DNA of 64,000 nucleotides from positions 54,845-118,844 of the forward strand of contig JAEEJO010000066.1 of NCBI GenBank assembly GCA_016281915.1. Direction: 5' to 3'. The translations under genes and the position numbers were made by a program. Under the pieces are notes generated by a model. It saw only the letters and a program-made list of their open reading frames with translations, was not told where the DNA came from and did no database searches. The stretch comes from Clostridiales bacterium. GTDB taxonomy: Bacteria > Bacillota > Clostridia > Oscillospirales > UBA644. Below are positions 10,014 to 19,761 of the stretch, in pieces. Position 1 is the first letter of the stretch. Every line of letters begins with the position of its first letter.

Positions 10014-10946
10014 TCAGTCGGCAAACAGCGCCGTGGAATAATATCTGTCTCCGCTGTCAGGCAGAAGAGCAACTATCGTTTTATTTTTGTTTTCGGGCCT
10101 TTTTGCAAGGGTGACGGCGGCATAAAGGGCAGCGCCGGAAGAAATACCGACGGAGATTCCTTCTTTTTTAGCAAGGAGCTTTGAGGTATCAAATGCGTCA
10201 GTGTTTGCAACTCTGATTACCTCATCATATATTTTCGTATTAAGCACGTCGGGAACAAAGCCCGCGCCGATGCCCTGAATTTTATGCGCGCCCGCTCTGC
10301 CTTCAGAAAGAACGGGAGAATCATCCGGTTCTACGGCTACGATGCGGATATCAGGATTTTTCTCTTTAAGGTATTCCCCTGCTCCGGTCAAAGTTCCGCC
10401 CGTTCCTACGCCTGCAACGAATATATCGATATTGCCGTCTGTGTCGTTCCAGATCTCAGGACCGGTAGTTGATTTATGGACTGCAGGATTTGCGGGATTG
10501 ACAAACTGACCGGGAATGAAACTATCGGGTATTTCCGACGCAAGTTCCTCGGCTTTCTGTATAGCGCCTTTCATTCCCTTTGCACCTTCGGTCAAAACGA
10601 CCTCTGCTCCGTAAGCTTTGAGTATATTTCGTCTTTCAACGCTCATGGTTTCCGGCATTGTAAGAATTACTCTGTAGCCCTTTGCAGCGCCTATGGATGC
10701 AAGACCGATCCCGGTATTGCCGGATGTCGGTTCAATTATTACGGATCCCGGTTTAAGAAGGCCTTTGCTCTCAGCATCGTCTATCATAGCTTTTGCAATG
10801 CGGTCTTTAACGCTGCCCGCGGGATTGAAATACTCAAGTTTGACAAGGATCTTAGCTTTAAGATCAAGTATTTTTTCGAGATTTACCGTTTCAACTATCG
10901 GTGTTTTGCCGATAAGTCCAAGTATTCCCTTATATATCTGTGACAT
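10014..10946 (-). CDS. cysK: Cysteine synthase A (O-acetylserine sulfhydrylase)
   Basis: The ORF extends to 10967, but ATG 10946 has GGAGG 8 nt upstream. Contains GKTPIV...[10 protein letters not shown] (PLP lysine motif) and SGNTGIGLA. Confidence 0.92.
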   Translation of the reverse strand: MSQIYKGILGLIGKTPIVETVNLEKILDLKAKILVKLEYFNPAGSVKDRIAKAMIDDAESKGLLKPGSVIIEPTSGNTGIGLASIGAAKGYRVILTMPETMSVERRNILKAYGAEVVLTEGAKGMKGAIQKAEELASEIPDSFIPGQFVNPANPAVHKSTTGPEIWNDTDGNIDIFVAGVGTGGTLTGAGEYLKEKNPDIRIVAVEPDDSPVLSEGRAGAHKIQGIGAGFVPDVLNTKIYDEVIRVANTDAFDTSKLLAKKEGISVGISSGAALYAAVTLAKRPENKNKTIVALLPDSGDRYYSTALFAD

Positions 10947-10963
10947 TTGTTTTTCCTCCGATT

Positions 10964-12244
10964 TCATATGGCGTTGAATCCGTTTTCGAGGTCGGCGATG
11001 ATATCGTCGATATGCTCTGTACCGATCGAAAGACGTATCGTGTTCTGGCCTATATTCTGTTCGGCAAGTTCTTTATCGGAAAGCTGGGAATGCGTTGTGG
11101 ATGCAGGGTGTATTACGAGGCTCTTTACGTCCGCAACGTTTGCAAGCAGGGAGAATATTTTGAGATTGTCGATAAACCTCCATGCCTCCTCGCGTCCGCC
11201 TTTTATATCGAACGTGAATATCGATCCGCCGCCGTTCGGAAAATATTTCTCATAAAGAGCATGATCGGGATGATTTTCAAGAGACGGATGGTTGACCTTT
11301 TCGACCTTGCGGTGGCTGCTGAGATATTCAACGACCTTTTTTGTATTTTCGGCATGTCTTTCAAGCCTCAGCGACAGTGTTTCAACGCCCTGAAGTAGGA
11401 GAAACGCGTTGAACGGAGATATTGCCGCACCTGTATCGCGAAGAAGAATGGCGCGAATAAACGTAACAAATGCCGCAGGTCCCACTGCATCATAGAAGGA
11501 AACGCCGTGATAGCTTGGGTTCGGATCAGCTATATTCGGATACTTTCCGCTTGCCTTCCAGTTAAATTTGCCGGATTCAACGATTATGCCGCCGAGCGTT
11601 GTTCCGTGTCCGCCGATGAATTTGGTTGCGGAATGAACGACTATATCCGCGCCGTGTTCTATCGGTCTGATAAGATACGGAGTGCCGAAGGTGTTGTCGA
11701 TCACAACGGGGACACCGTGCTTATGGGCGATTGCTGCAACCGCGTCGATATCGGGGATATCGCTGTTCGGATTGCCGAGAGTTTCAAGGAATATCGCCCT
11801 TGTGTCGTCAGTGATGGCGGACTCAACCTCTTTAAGATCATGTATATTGACAAAAGATGTTTTTATTCCGTACTGCGGCAGCGTATGCGCAAGAAGGTTA
11901 TAGCTGCCGCCGTAGATCGTCTTTTGAGCTACTATATGACCGCCGTTGGCTGCAAGAGCCTCGATAGTATATGTAATTGCCGCAGCGCCTGATGAAAGAG
12001 CAAGTGCGGCGCTTCCTCCCTCAAGAGCCGCGATCCTTTTTTCGAGGACTTCCTGAGTTGAATTGGTGAGCCTGCCGTAAATATTGCCTGCGTCGGCAAG
12101 TCCGAAACGGTCTGCCGCATGCTTGCTGTTATGAAAAACGTAGGACGTTGTCTGATATATCGGAACGGCGCGTGAATCCGTTGCAGGATCCGCCTGTTCC
12201 TGACCTACGTGAAGTTGCAGGGTTTCAAATTTATAATCTTTCAT
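10964..12244 (-). CDS. metY: O-acetylhomoserine aminocarboxypropyltransferase / sulfhydrylase
   Basis: 426-aa ORF. Cys/Met-metabolism PLP family: [24 protein letters not shown] and the [13 protein letters not shown]-lysine motif. Confidence 0.92.
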   Translation of the reverse strand: MKDYKFETLQLHVGQEQADPATDSRAVPIYQTTSYVFHNSKHAADRFGLADAGNIYGRLTNSTQEVLEKRIAALEGGSAALALSSGAAAITYTIEALAANGGHIVAQKTIYGGSYNLLAHTLPQYGIKTSFVNIHDLKEVESAITDDTRAIFLETLGNPNSDIPDIDAVAAIAHKHGVPVVIDNTFGTPYLIRPIEHGADIVVHSATKFIGGHGTTLGGIIVESGKFNWKASGKYPNIADPNPSYHGVSFYDAVGPAAFVTFIRAILLRDTGAAISPFNAFLLLQGVETLSLRLERHAENTKKVVEYLSSHRKVEKVNHPSLENHPDHALYEKYFPNGGGSIFTFDIKGGREEAWRFIDNLKIFSLLANVADVKSLVIHPASTTHSQLSDKELAEQNIGQNTIRLSIGTEHIDDIIADLENGFNAI

Positions 12245-12336
12245 GTTCTGATCCTCATTTCATTAATATCATATAGGATGAATTCTTTCATGGCACAATA
12301 TTGAAATGAGAATATAAACTCATTATAATTTGTGTC

Positions 12337-12365
12337 ATTATATCAATATTTAAAAGAGATGTCAA
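12337..12365 (-). promoter_or_regulatory. Consensus promoter upstream of metY-cysK-cysE
   Basis: On the minus strand: TTGACA (12360-12365), 17 nt, TATAAT (12337-12342). Leader of about 90 nt. Confidence 0.6.
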
Positions 12366-12381
12366 GGGATTCATCAAAATG

Positions 12382-12765
12382 TCATATTTCGATTCCTGTC
12401 TTTTTTGAATAGTCTTCAAGCGCCGCATTGACAGCCTCTTCGGCAAGAACGCTGCAATGCATTTTGTGAGCAGGAAGACCGTCAAGTGCTTCGGCGACAG
12501 CCTTATTGGTGAGTTTTTTCACCTCGCTGACGGGTTTGCCTTTGATAAGCTCGGAAGCCATGGAACTTGATGCTATCGCGCTGCCGCATCCGAACGTTTC
12601 AAACTTGACGTCCTTCACTATACCGTTCTCGATTTTCAGATACATTTTCATTATATCTCCGCATTTCGCATTTCCGACTTCACCGACGGCATTTGCGTCT
12701 TCTATTACACCGACGTTTCTCGGGTTGCGGAAATGATCTATTACTTTTTCGCTGTATAAAGCCAT
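12382..12765 (-). CDS. nifU: Fe-S cluster assembly scaffold NifU/IscU
   Basis: 127-aa ORF. HFRNPRNVG...GNAKCGD...FGCGSAIASSS...HCSVLA contains the three conserved Cys of U-type scaffolds. Confidence 0.92.
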   Translation of the reverse strand: MALYSEKVIDHFRNPRNVGVIEDANAVGEVGNAKCGDIMKMYLKIENGIVKDVKFETFGCGSAIASSSMASELIKGKPVSEVKKLTNKAVAEALDGLPAHKMHCSVLAEEAVNAALEDYSKKTGIEI

Positions 12766-12777
12766 TTTATATTCTCC

Positions 12778-13962
12778 TCACAGTATAAATTCTTTTTTGC
12801 CGGAAACAAGGTCTCGCCATATCGGTGAAAAGCCGCGCAGATAGCCGACGACCTGTTTTACCGAACGGATGATATAGTCAACTTCATCCGTCGTTATATC
12901 CTCACCGATACTGAGACGAAGCGAGCCGTGCGCAACATCGTGGACCCTGCCTATCGCCAGAAGTACGTGACTGGGATCGAGCGAACCGGAGGTACAGGCG
13001 GAACCGGAAGATGCACAAATCCCTTTATCGTCAAGCAAGAGAAGTAATGATTCGCCCTCTATGCCTTCAAAACAAAAGCTTACGTTTCCCGGAAGCCTTC
13101 GATCTGCGTCGCCGTTCAATGCGGAATGGGGTATCTCGGATAGCCCTGCGATGAGTCTGTCTCTCATTTTTGAGGTAACTGCGGCGTTTTCAGCGATTTT
13201 ATCGCTTGATATTTTCAAAGCCTTAGCCATTGCCGCTATACAGGGAATATTTTCCGTTCCCGCGCGCTTTCCACGCTCCTGAGCTCCCCCGTTTATAAGA
13301 TTTTCAAGTTTTGATCCTTTTCTTGCATACAGAAAGCCCGCTCCCTTCGGTCCGTGGAATTTATGCGCCGAAGCGGAAAGATAATCTATATTGTCTTTTA
13401 CGACATCTATATTTATATGTCCCACAGCCTGCACGGCATCGGTATGAAAAGGAACGTTCCTGTTTTTGCAGATCCTGCCTATTTCTGCAATCGGCTGAAC
13501 GGTTCCGATCTCGTTGTTTGCATACATGACGGAGACAAGACACGTGTCGCTGCGTATAGCCGACTCGACCTCCGATGGGACTGTAATTCCGTTTTCATGT
13601 ACGTCAAGAAGCGTTATCTCAAAACCCTCTTTTTTGAGCTTTTCAAGCGTGTGAAGGACTGCATGGTGCTCAAACGCCGTGGAAACTATATGCATTCGTC
13701 CTTTTCGTTTTCCTTCGTATGCGGCAGACAACAATGCCTGATTATCGGATTCAGTGCCTCCGGAAGTAAAATATATCTCTGAGGGCTGTGCACCGATCAC
13801 TGCGGCGATCTCCTCCCTTGATTTCTCAATAAGATCCTTTGCATTCTGTCCGTGAGAATAAAGACTTGAAGGGTTTCCCCAGAACTCCCGGGCAGAGTCT
13901 GACATTGTTTTAAGCGCCTCCGGATACATTTGCGTTGTTGCTGCATTATCCGCGTAAATCAT
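12778..13962 (-). CDS. nifS: Cysteine desulfurase NifS/IscS type
   Basis: The ORF extends to 13983, but ATG 13962 (MIYADNAATT) has AGGAG 7 nt upstream. Contains the SAHKFHGPKG PLP-lysine motif and the SSGSACTSG active-site Cys loop. Confidence 0.92.
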   Translation of the reverse strand: MIYADNAATTQMYPEALKTMSDSAREFWGNPSSLYSHGQNAKDLIEKSREEIAAVIGAQPSEIYFTSGGTESDNQALLSAAYEGKRKGRMHIVSTAFEHHAVLHTLEKLKKEGFEITLLDVHENGITVPSEVESAIRSDTCLVSVMYANNEIGTVQPIAEIGRICKNRNVPFHTDAVQAVGHINIDVVKDNIDYLSASAHKFHGPKGAGFLYARKGSKLENLINGGAQERGKRAGTENIPCIAAMAKALKISSDKIAENAAVTSKMRDRLIAGLSEIPHSALNGDADRRLPGNVSFCFEGIEGESLLLLLDDKGICASSGSACTSGSLDPSHVLLAIGRVHDVAHGSLRLSIGEDITTDEVDYIIRSVKQVVGYLRGFSPIWRDLVSGKKEFIL

Positions 13963-13993
13963 TGTTTTCTCCTCTCGATGCAATCTGGAGCAT

Positions 13994-14022
13994 ATTATAC
14001 ACCTATTTCCCTACTTTGTCAA
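13994..14022 (-). promoter_or_regulatory. Promoter of nifS-nifU
   Basis: On the minus strand: TTGACA (14017-14022), 17 nt, TATAAT (13994-13999). Divergent from the Rrf2 promoter. Confidence 0.6.
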
Positions 14023-14044
14023 TAGGTAAATTATTTTTTTTCTA

Positions 14045-14074
14045 TTGACTTTCATGCCTGCTTTGTGGTATAAT
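14045..14074 (+). promoter_or_regulatory. Promoter of Rrf2 regulator gene
   Basis: TTGACT (14045-14050), 18 nt ending in TGG, TATAAT (14069-14074). Confidence 0.55.
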
Positions 14075-14099
14075 AAAAAAAAGAAAGAAGGATGGGAAA

Positions 14100-14495
14100 A
14101 TGATCTCTACACGCGGCAGATATGCCATACGCGTTATGATAGACCTTGCACAGAACGATACTGGAGAGTATATTCCGCTAAAATCTATTGCCGAACGTCA
14201 GGAAATATCGAAAAAATATCTTGAGATAATTGTAAAGGATATGGTTGTTGGCGGACTGATTGCCGCTGCAAGCGGGAAAGGCGGCGGATATAAACTGATA
14301 AAAAAACCGGACGAGTATTCCGTAGGCGAAATACTTGAAATAACTGAAGGTCCGCTTTCATCCGTAGCATGCCTTGCCGGAGAGAAAAACGTTTGCCCAA
14401 GAAGAGAAGCGTGTCTTACCCTGCCGATGTGGACGGAATTTGACGGCATTGTTCACGATTTCTTTTACGGAAAAAAGTTAACTGATTTATTATGA
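14100..14495 (+). CDS. Rrf2 family transcriptional regulator (IscR/CymR-like)
   Basis: 131-aa ORF. MISTRGRYAIRVMIDLA... is a winged-helix N-terminus typical of Rrf2. The C-terminal Cys cluster (SVACLAGEKNVCPRREAC) is compatible with Fe-S ligation. Confidence 0.88.
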   Translation: MISTRGRYAIRVMIDLAQNDTGEYIPLKSIAERQEISKKYLEIIVKDMVVGGLIAAASGKGGGYKLIKKPDEYSVGEILEITEGPLSSVACLAGEKNVCPRREACLTLPMWTEFDGIVHDFFYGKKLTDLL

Positions 14496-14520
14496 TCCAT
14501 GATAAAGCAATAAATTGCAA

Positions 14521-14553
14521 AACTCCTCTTTACCTTAAAGATAAAGAGGAGTT
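14521..14553. terminator. Bidirectional hairpin terminator
   Basis: aactcctcttta / ccttaaaga / taaagaggagtt forms a 12-bp perfect stem. Confidence 0.65.
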
Positions 14554-14576
14554 TCGATATGTATCGGCATATTTGA

Positions 14577-15326
14577 CTATACCGGGTCAATCTCTGGTGC
14601 CGTTTCGTTATTGTCTGCGATGACGACGTCTTTCAGTATGGGAACAAGCCAGCGTTTGCTGTTTTTAATTGAAATGTACCCTGCAACAGCAGATATAAAT
14701 GCGCCCAGCATATCGATAATTATGTCTTCCATAGTATCTGTGAGAGCAGCGTGTCCGATAAGCGATTCGCCTCCGGCGTTCATATATTTCTGCATATTGA
14801 TTCCGAGTATTCCGTCTCCTGCATATTCATATATTTCCCAGAGGGCGCCTATAGAGACCGAAAAAGTAAAGGCGAACAGAGCGACGAAAACAGGAGAAAG
14901 CGTGAAAACGAGTTTTTCGTCATGATTGAGTATCGTTACGACCATAAAGGCAAAGAAACCGGTCATCATACTGCTGAAAAGATGAAGAAAATCATCCCAA
15001 TGAGGAACGAGGTAGTAAAAGCTTCTTACCTCACCGAGAAAAATGGCGCAATAAAGGAAGATTATATAAAGGATATACAGAACGGCCGGCAGTTCAAAAC
15101 GAAAGCGGCGTGCAAGGATCGACGGAATATGAATAACGAGTACTCCGAGGACACATTCAACAAGCATCAGAACGTAATCAGCCCTTGAGTGCAGCGTCGT
15201 TGCTCCTTCTGCGTTTTCAGACGATATGATTCTGAAAACAAGGTATCCGATAGGCAGGATAAAGCTCAGAAGAACAATATAGTAGAGTGATTTTCCGAGG
15301 GTGATTTTAAGGTTCTTTTTACTCAT
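14577..15326 (-). CDS. Integral membrane protein (possibly YjdF/DUF2238-like)
   Basis: 249-aa ORF with about 6 hydrophobic helices. The family call is weak and from memory of the HWDDFLH-type motif. Confidence 0.55.
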   Translation of the reverse strand: MSKKNLKITLGKSLYYIVLLSFILPIGYLVFRIISSENAEGATTLHSRADYVLMLVECVLGVLVIHIPSILARRFRFELPAVLYILYIIFLYCAIFLGEVRSFYYLVPHWDDFLHLFSSMMTGFFAFMVVTILNHDEKLVFTLSPVFVALFAFTFSVSIGALWEIYEYAGDGILGINMQKYMNAGGESLIGHAALTDTMEDIIIDMLGAFISAVAGYISIKNSKRWLVPILKDVVIADNNETAPEIDPV

Positions 15327-15450
15327 TTGTCTGCACCGCTTTTCATAATATAATCATCAAATAAAGTTAAGAATACAGGCATAAAATAAACTGAAACTAA
15401 ACAAAAGCAGGGTTTTAATAAGCAAATTTATAATTATTTCCGAAAAACTA

Positions 15451-15479
15451 TTGACAAATTATAGGCGATAATATATAAT
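15451..15479 (+). promoter_or_regulatory. Promoter of lipoprotein paralogue 1
   Basis: TTGACA (15451-15456), 17 nt, TATAAT (15474-15479). Confidence 0.6.
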
Positions 15480-15516
15480 AATAATGGAAAATCAGAAATA
15501 AGAAAGGAACCTTACC

Positions 15517-16929
15517 ATGAAAAAAGTGATTTCATTGCTGTTTACAGTCTGTATCGTTTTCTCTCTTTGCTGCTGCAGTCAGCAGGCAGAGGAAGCAGTG
15601 CCGAGTTATGAAACTGACCTCGGTGATATCGACTATCAGGGACAGGAATTTGTTTTCGTTCAGCGGAACGGGGAACATTCCACAGGCGAAGAGTATTTCG
15701 GATACGTTGTCAATACCGCTTTTGCAGACCTTGCCCTTGAAAGGGTCAGAGAAGTTGAAAACAAATACAATGTAAAAATCTCAGTCAACACGTCCGGTAA
15801 CGATATAAACAACCTGATAACGACCACATCAGTAACAGGTTTAGTGCCATACGATGCCGTTCAGACAGCGACAAACGCAATGGTAAGTCTTGCAAGAGCC
15901 GGTTATTTTTATGATTTTACATACTTAGGCGATTACCTTGATTATACGAACTCGGCAAAATGGGGAAATAAAGAATATCTTAAGCCCGTATGCTGGGACG
16001 GCGGACTTTACGGCGTTCTTCCCGCAGCATGGCCGATGCTGAAATATCGCTCGATAGACGGCGCAGTTGTTGTAAACGAAACATTGATAAGCCGTCTGAG
16101 CCAGACAGACCCGAGAGAATTTGTTGAGAAAGATGAATGGACGTGGAGAAAGCTTGAGGAACTCATGCCTGTTTACAACCATATAAACGATGCGGGCGAT
16201 GAGGTCAAGGCTCTTGAAACGACTGTGCACTGGCTTTTCAGAACGATGCATCCGACAAACGGAGAAGGAATCATTTATAAGGACGAAAAAGGCGATTATC
16301 AGCTCAGTCTCCACTCCCCCATAACGTTTGAAGCAATGCAGACCGCATGGAACTGGACGTTTGGAGAGTATTCAACTTTTGTTACCATAGACCTCACAAA
16401 CAACTGGACAGCCATGCTCCAGAACTTCCTTGACGGAAAATCGGTTCTTACCCTTATGGACGGCACAGACCTTTGCGGCGCGGAAAATTCGATAGTATAC
16501 AAAATGGAAAACTTCGGCGTTGTTCCTTTCCCTCACGGTCCTAACGGAAACGCGGACAGCACGGGTTCGACGATTACAGCAACAAGATGCATAACCTCGA
16601 TACCGGCTATATGCAAAGACCCGACGATGTCTGCAGTAATACTTAACGCTATCTATGATCCGCTCCCAGGTTATGAAACAGAAGAAGACGAATTTGACTA
16701 TCTCAGAAAGCAGTATTTCTTTGACGACAGAGACGTTACAAACTTCATGAAAATGTACCACACTATTCTTTACAATTACAGACATGAGGGCATAACTGAC
16801 GTATATATCAATATCAAAGGAAATAAGAGTATGCAGGAAAGCCTCGAATCATTTGCAAATTCAGACGAGGATAACAGGCTGAAATACGTTGTAAATATGG
16901 AATCTACCGCCGAAGAAATATTCGGCTGA
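15517..16929 (+). CDS. Lipoprotein, ABC-transporter substrate-binding-protein-like (paralogue 1)
   Basis: 470-aa ORF with signal peptide and lipobox (MKKVISLLFTVCIVFSLCCCS). Shares DPREFVEKDEWTWRKLEE and NFGVVPFPHGPNG blocks with ORFs 18013..19419 and 19762..21147. Confidence 0.7.
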   Translation: MKKVISLLFTVCIVFSLCCCSQQAEEAVPSYETDLGDIDYQGQEFVFVQRNGEHSTGEEYFGYVVNTAFADLALERVREVENKYNVKISVNTSGNDINNLITTTSVTGLVPYDAVQTATNAMVSLARAGYFYDFTYLGDYLDYTNSAKWGNKEYLKPVCWDGGLYGVLPAAWPMLKYRSIDGAVVVNETLISRLSQTDPREFVEKDEWTWRKLEELMPVYNHINDAGDEVKALETTVHWLFRTMHPTNGEGIIYKDEKGDYQLSLHSPITFEAMQTAWNWTFGEYSTFVTIDLTNNWTAMLQNFLDGKSVLTLMDGTDLCGAENSIVYKMENFGVVPFPHGPNGNADSTGSTITATRCITSIPAICKDPTMSAVILNAIYDPLPGYETEEDEFDYLRKQYFFDDRDVTNFMKMYHTILYNYRHEGITDVYINIKGNKSMQESLESFANSDEDNRLKYVVNMESTAEEIFG

Positions 16930-17088
16930 TAAAGGTCGTGTATCGCTTATCTTCTTAAAAACGAGAAGAAAACATGAAAAACCGTGAAAATCAAACTTTT
17001 TCTTCTCACTGCACCGATTTGCGGCTGTAAAGAGCCCAATGAAGTGCTTTAATAGGATGTAACATTCACTTAAAAGCTGAAAATGAAA

Positions 17089-17121
17089 AGACCGGCGTGC
17101 GTTTTTTGCGTGCGCCGGTCT
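17089..17121. terminator. Hairpin terminator between convergent genes
   Basis: agaccggcg ... cgccggtct forms a 9-bp GC-rich stem, followed by tgttt. Confidence 0.55.
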
Positions 17122-17140
17122 GTTTATGAGTCAGTAAAAG

Positions 17141-17698
17141 TTACTGATTCATCGCAAAGTATTTTTCTTTCGAAAGGACACATGAAACGATTCTCTTTTC
17201 AGCGCCGTCCCACGGTCTGACGACGATTTCTTCCCTGTCGCAAACAAAGCCGAAATAATCGGCAATTTTTTTTGATCTTATATTATCATAAAAATAGCTG
17301 TAGCGAAAATCATTTGCGCAAAGGCGGTAAAACGCAAGATCAAGCATGAGGGAAGCTGCCTCTTTTCCGTACCCCCTCCCCTGAAATGCTTTTCCGATGC
17401 ATATCCCGCATTCCTCCCAGTGTCCGTTTTCTGTCTGCCTCATAGAGCAAAGACCGATCGCTTCGTCGGTATCTTTCAAGGATATAAACCATGCAAAACG
17501 ATCCTTCTGAAAGGAAATGCTTCTTTTGCATCTGTCAAGAGCTTCTTCATCTGAAAAAGTCGGTGCAAAAAGCATCCATCTGTAAACATCTTCGTCGCTC
17601 CACACATGCAGAAGCATCGATTTCGAATCGTTCTCTCTTGCTTTTCTGAGAATGATATTATCTCCCGCAATCGTATCAAATGATGAAGAGTAATCCAT
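17141..17698 (-). CDS. GNAT family N-acetyltransferase (RimJ/RimL-like)
   Basis: 185-aa ORF. The acetyl-CoA-binding segment ICIGKAFQGRGYGKEAASLMLDLAF is a Q/RxxGxG/A-type motif. Confidence 0.8.
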   Translation of the reverse strand: MDYSSSFDTIAGDNIILRKARENDSKSMLLHVWSDEDVYRWMLFAPTFSDEEALDRCKRSISFQKDRFAWFISLKDTDEAIGLCSMRQTENGHWEECGICIGKAFQGRGYGKEAASLMLDLAFYRLCANDFRYSYFYDNIRSKKIADYFGFVCDREEIVVRPWDGAEKRIVSCVLSKEKYFAMNQ

Positions 17699-17849
17699 AA
17701 CGCCCTCATTTCTGACAAACAGCGTTTTGATGCTGCCTTTTTGATCGTTGACCGTAATTGTTTTTTCAGTATATTACAGATTCCTGAATTTGTCAATGGT
17801 TCATAATCGGATGATCTGCAGTAAAAATCAACAGTTGATAAGAATCGTA

Positions 17850-17878
17850 TTGACTTTTGCCGAAAAATGTGATATATT
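17850..17878 (+). promoter_or_regulatory. Promoter of lipoprotein paralogue 2
   Basis: TTGACT, 17 nt ending in TGA (an extended -10 TGn), TATATT. Leader of about 130 nt. Confidence 0.5.
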
Positions 17879-18012
17879 TATGATATAAATTTTTAATATT
17901 TATGTCATCACAGGCAAAACAACAGATGCGTTCAAAGCAAGACAAAGGAAACTAACAGGCGACGAGAGGCAAAATAACATTATAATACATAGACCAATAA
18001 CGGAGGTTGACC

Positions 18013-19419
18013 ATGAAAAGAACTGTTTGCATGTTAATTGTTATTCTTATTGCATTTGCGATATGTTCATGCGCAGCAACGGACAACGAGGAATTTCTTG
18101 TTGACTTCAACAGCGGTTTTGACAGCGGAAAAATTGATTTCGGCGGATTTGAGTGCACGATAATGCAGAACCACATGGCCGAAACCACGGCGACAAGCCT
18201 TTTTTCCTATCCTTCAGGAACTTTAATGGAGGATATGCTGCTTCAAAGAAAAAAAGAGATCGAAAACGATGTCAACTGCAAAATAACAATCAAAACTGAC
18301 GGAACGATCAGACTTGACAGCATTGTTCCCGTGCTTGCAAGCGGTTCTTTTGTTGCAGATATTCTCTTCACTTCCGGCCAGCAATCGTTTGTCAGAGCAG
18401 GCTTCTGTTTCCCGCTCGATGCCATGACCGACTACCTTGACTATACAGATTCTTCAAAATACGGCGGCTACGGCATGCTTGAACCGGGACTTTTCAAGGG
18501 CACGGTATACAGCGTATCACCCATCATGTGGCCCGGAAAGCAGATAGTTACCTCATTCGGCGTTTTTGTTGTAAATGAAAATCTCATCTCAAGATACGGA
18601 AGAGTCGATCCGAGAGATTATGTTGAAAACGGTGAATGGACGTGGGATACATTTGAAAAGGTCATTCCAGACTATCAGATAGACGACGGATCCGTTCAGG
18701 CGACAGCCGTGAATATAACATGGGGACTTCTGGAATTTGCAATGATGAACGGAATGCAGTATTATACGATTCAGGATGACGGCTCCGTTCTTCCTGCCAT
18801 AGATTCACCTGAGGTTGCCGAAACGCTTGACTGGTGCTCTCGCCTCTTTGCGAATAACAAAGACTATATCACGTTTAACGATCATGAGACTATGCTTGCA
18901 AAAATGCTCAATGACGAGCTTGTAATGTCTAAGACAGCTGTTGACCACATAATCAGATTTATGAGCTACAAGCTTGATAATTTCGGTGTTGTTCCGATGC
19001 CCTGCGGTCCTCACGGCACATACGGCGAATGGACGAACGCCTACCATGAGAACATAGCATTCATGATACTTTACAATACTTTGGAAGAAAAATGCGCTGC
19101 AACCGTTATTGACCGTTTTTGCGACCCGTTTGAAGGATATGAAACGGAAGACGACCTGAAAAATTATATGTCAAATATTTTCTTTGACGATAGAGATCTT
19201 GACGTTATAATGAGTCTTTTCCGCAATACGCGCTGGGCATATCAGTCCGTTACAAGCATATACGATTTCTTCAACAACGCAGCAACAGCCACAGCGAACG
19301 GAAAGTCGTCCGCAGAAATACTTTCAAGCCAGGCTGAAAGAGTTAACGAGACGATCATCAAAGAAGTTATACCCAACGTTGAATTTATTGAAAGTCTTAA
19401 AAGCTCAAACGGAAACTGA
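18013..19419 (+). CDS. Lipoprotein, substrate-binding-protein-like (paralogue 2)
   Basis: The listed ORF starts at TTG 18007. ATG 18013 lies 6 nt after GGAGG. Signal/lipobox: MKRTVCMLIVILIAFAICSC. Paralogous blocks: DPRDYVENGEWTWDTFEK and NFGVVPMPCGPHG. Confidence 0.7.
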   Translation: MKRTVCMLIVILIAFAICSCAATDNEEFLVDFNSGFDSGKIDFGGFECTIMQNHMAETTATSLFSYPSGTLMEDMLLQRKKEIENDVNCKITIKTDGTIRLDSIVPVLASGSFVADILFTSGQQSFVRAGFCFPLDAMTDYLDYTDSSKYGGYGMLEPGLFKGTVYSVSPIMWPGKQIVTSFGVFVVNENLISRYGRVDPRDYVENGEWTWDTFEKVIPDYQIDDGSVQATAVNITWGLLEFAMMNGMQYYTIQDDGSVLPAIDSPEVAETLDWCSRLFANNKDYITFNDHETMLAKMLNDELVMSKTAVDHIIRFMSYKLDNFGVVPMPCGPHGTYGEWTNAYHENIAFMILYNTLEEKCAATVIDRFCDPFEGYETEDDLKNYMSNIFFDDRDLDVIMSLFRNTRWAYQSVTSIYDFFNNAATATANGKSSAEILSSQAERVNETIIKEVIPNVEFIESLKSSNGN

Positions 19420-19514
19420 TTTTTCGGGACTGGCACGGCAGGCGGAACTCTTTAAAGAATAAGCTTAAACCAAAAGACGTACGCAAATCTCCTATTCAAA
19501 AACTGCATATAAAC

Positions 19515-19545
19515 AAAGCCTTTCCGGGAAAAACGGAAAGGCTTT
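19515..19545 (+). terminator. Rho-independent terminator of paralogue 2
   Basis: aaagcctttccg / ggaaaaa / cggaaaggcttt forms a 12-bp perfect stem, followed by tta. Confidence 0.6.
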
Positions 19546-19609
19546 TATGTATTTTACAGTCTGTTTTTGCAACTTACGCCGTAAAAAATGCAACTTACGC
19601 AAAACGGGG

Positions 19610-19638
19610 TTGACGAAAAGGGTTTTTCGGAGTATAAT
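19610..19638 (+). promoter_or_regulatory. Orphan consensus promoter preceded by two 12-nt direct repeats
   Basis: TTGACG (19610-15), 17 nt, TATAAT (19633-38). TGCAACTTACGC occurs at 19568-19579 and 19589-19600, a 21-bp period. Confidence 0.5.
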
Positions 19639-19644
19639 GCAATC

Positions 19645-19740
19645 ACAAACAAAGATTATTATCTCTTTACAGATTTTTTCATATTTTTTACTCCTTTCTT
19701 TAATTGCTGAAAAGCTCCGATATGCTCGGAGCTTTTTTTC
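19645..19740 (+). ncRNA. Candidate small RNA of about 95 nt (promoter to terminator, no ORF)
   Basis: Lies between the promoter at 19610-19638 and a perfect 10-bp hairpin (aaagctccga/tatgc/tcggagcttt, 19711-19735) followed by TTTTTTT. Contains no ATG-initiated ORF. An unpaired UACUCCUUUCUUU sits just 5' of the terminator. The TSS position is assumed. Confidence 0.35.
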
Positions 19741-19761
19741 ATTGATATTCTTTTTATTATA

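Noticed and set aside
12245-12381. S-box (SAM) riboswitch or T-box leader upstream of metY
   Set aside because: The leader after the TTGACA-17-TATAAT promoter is only about 90 nt and AT-rich, with one small hairpin. I found no S-box-like or T-box-like conserved sequence blocks by eye. No covariance-model scan was run.
16984-17052. 22-codon ORF (GTG) encoding a lipoprotein-signal-like peptide (VKIKLFLLTAPICGCKEPNEVL)
   Set aside because: It could be the remnant of a fourth lipoprotein paralogue. It is too short, starts at GTG with no SD, and has no downstream homology I could follow, so it is not reportable as a gene.
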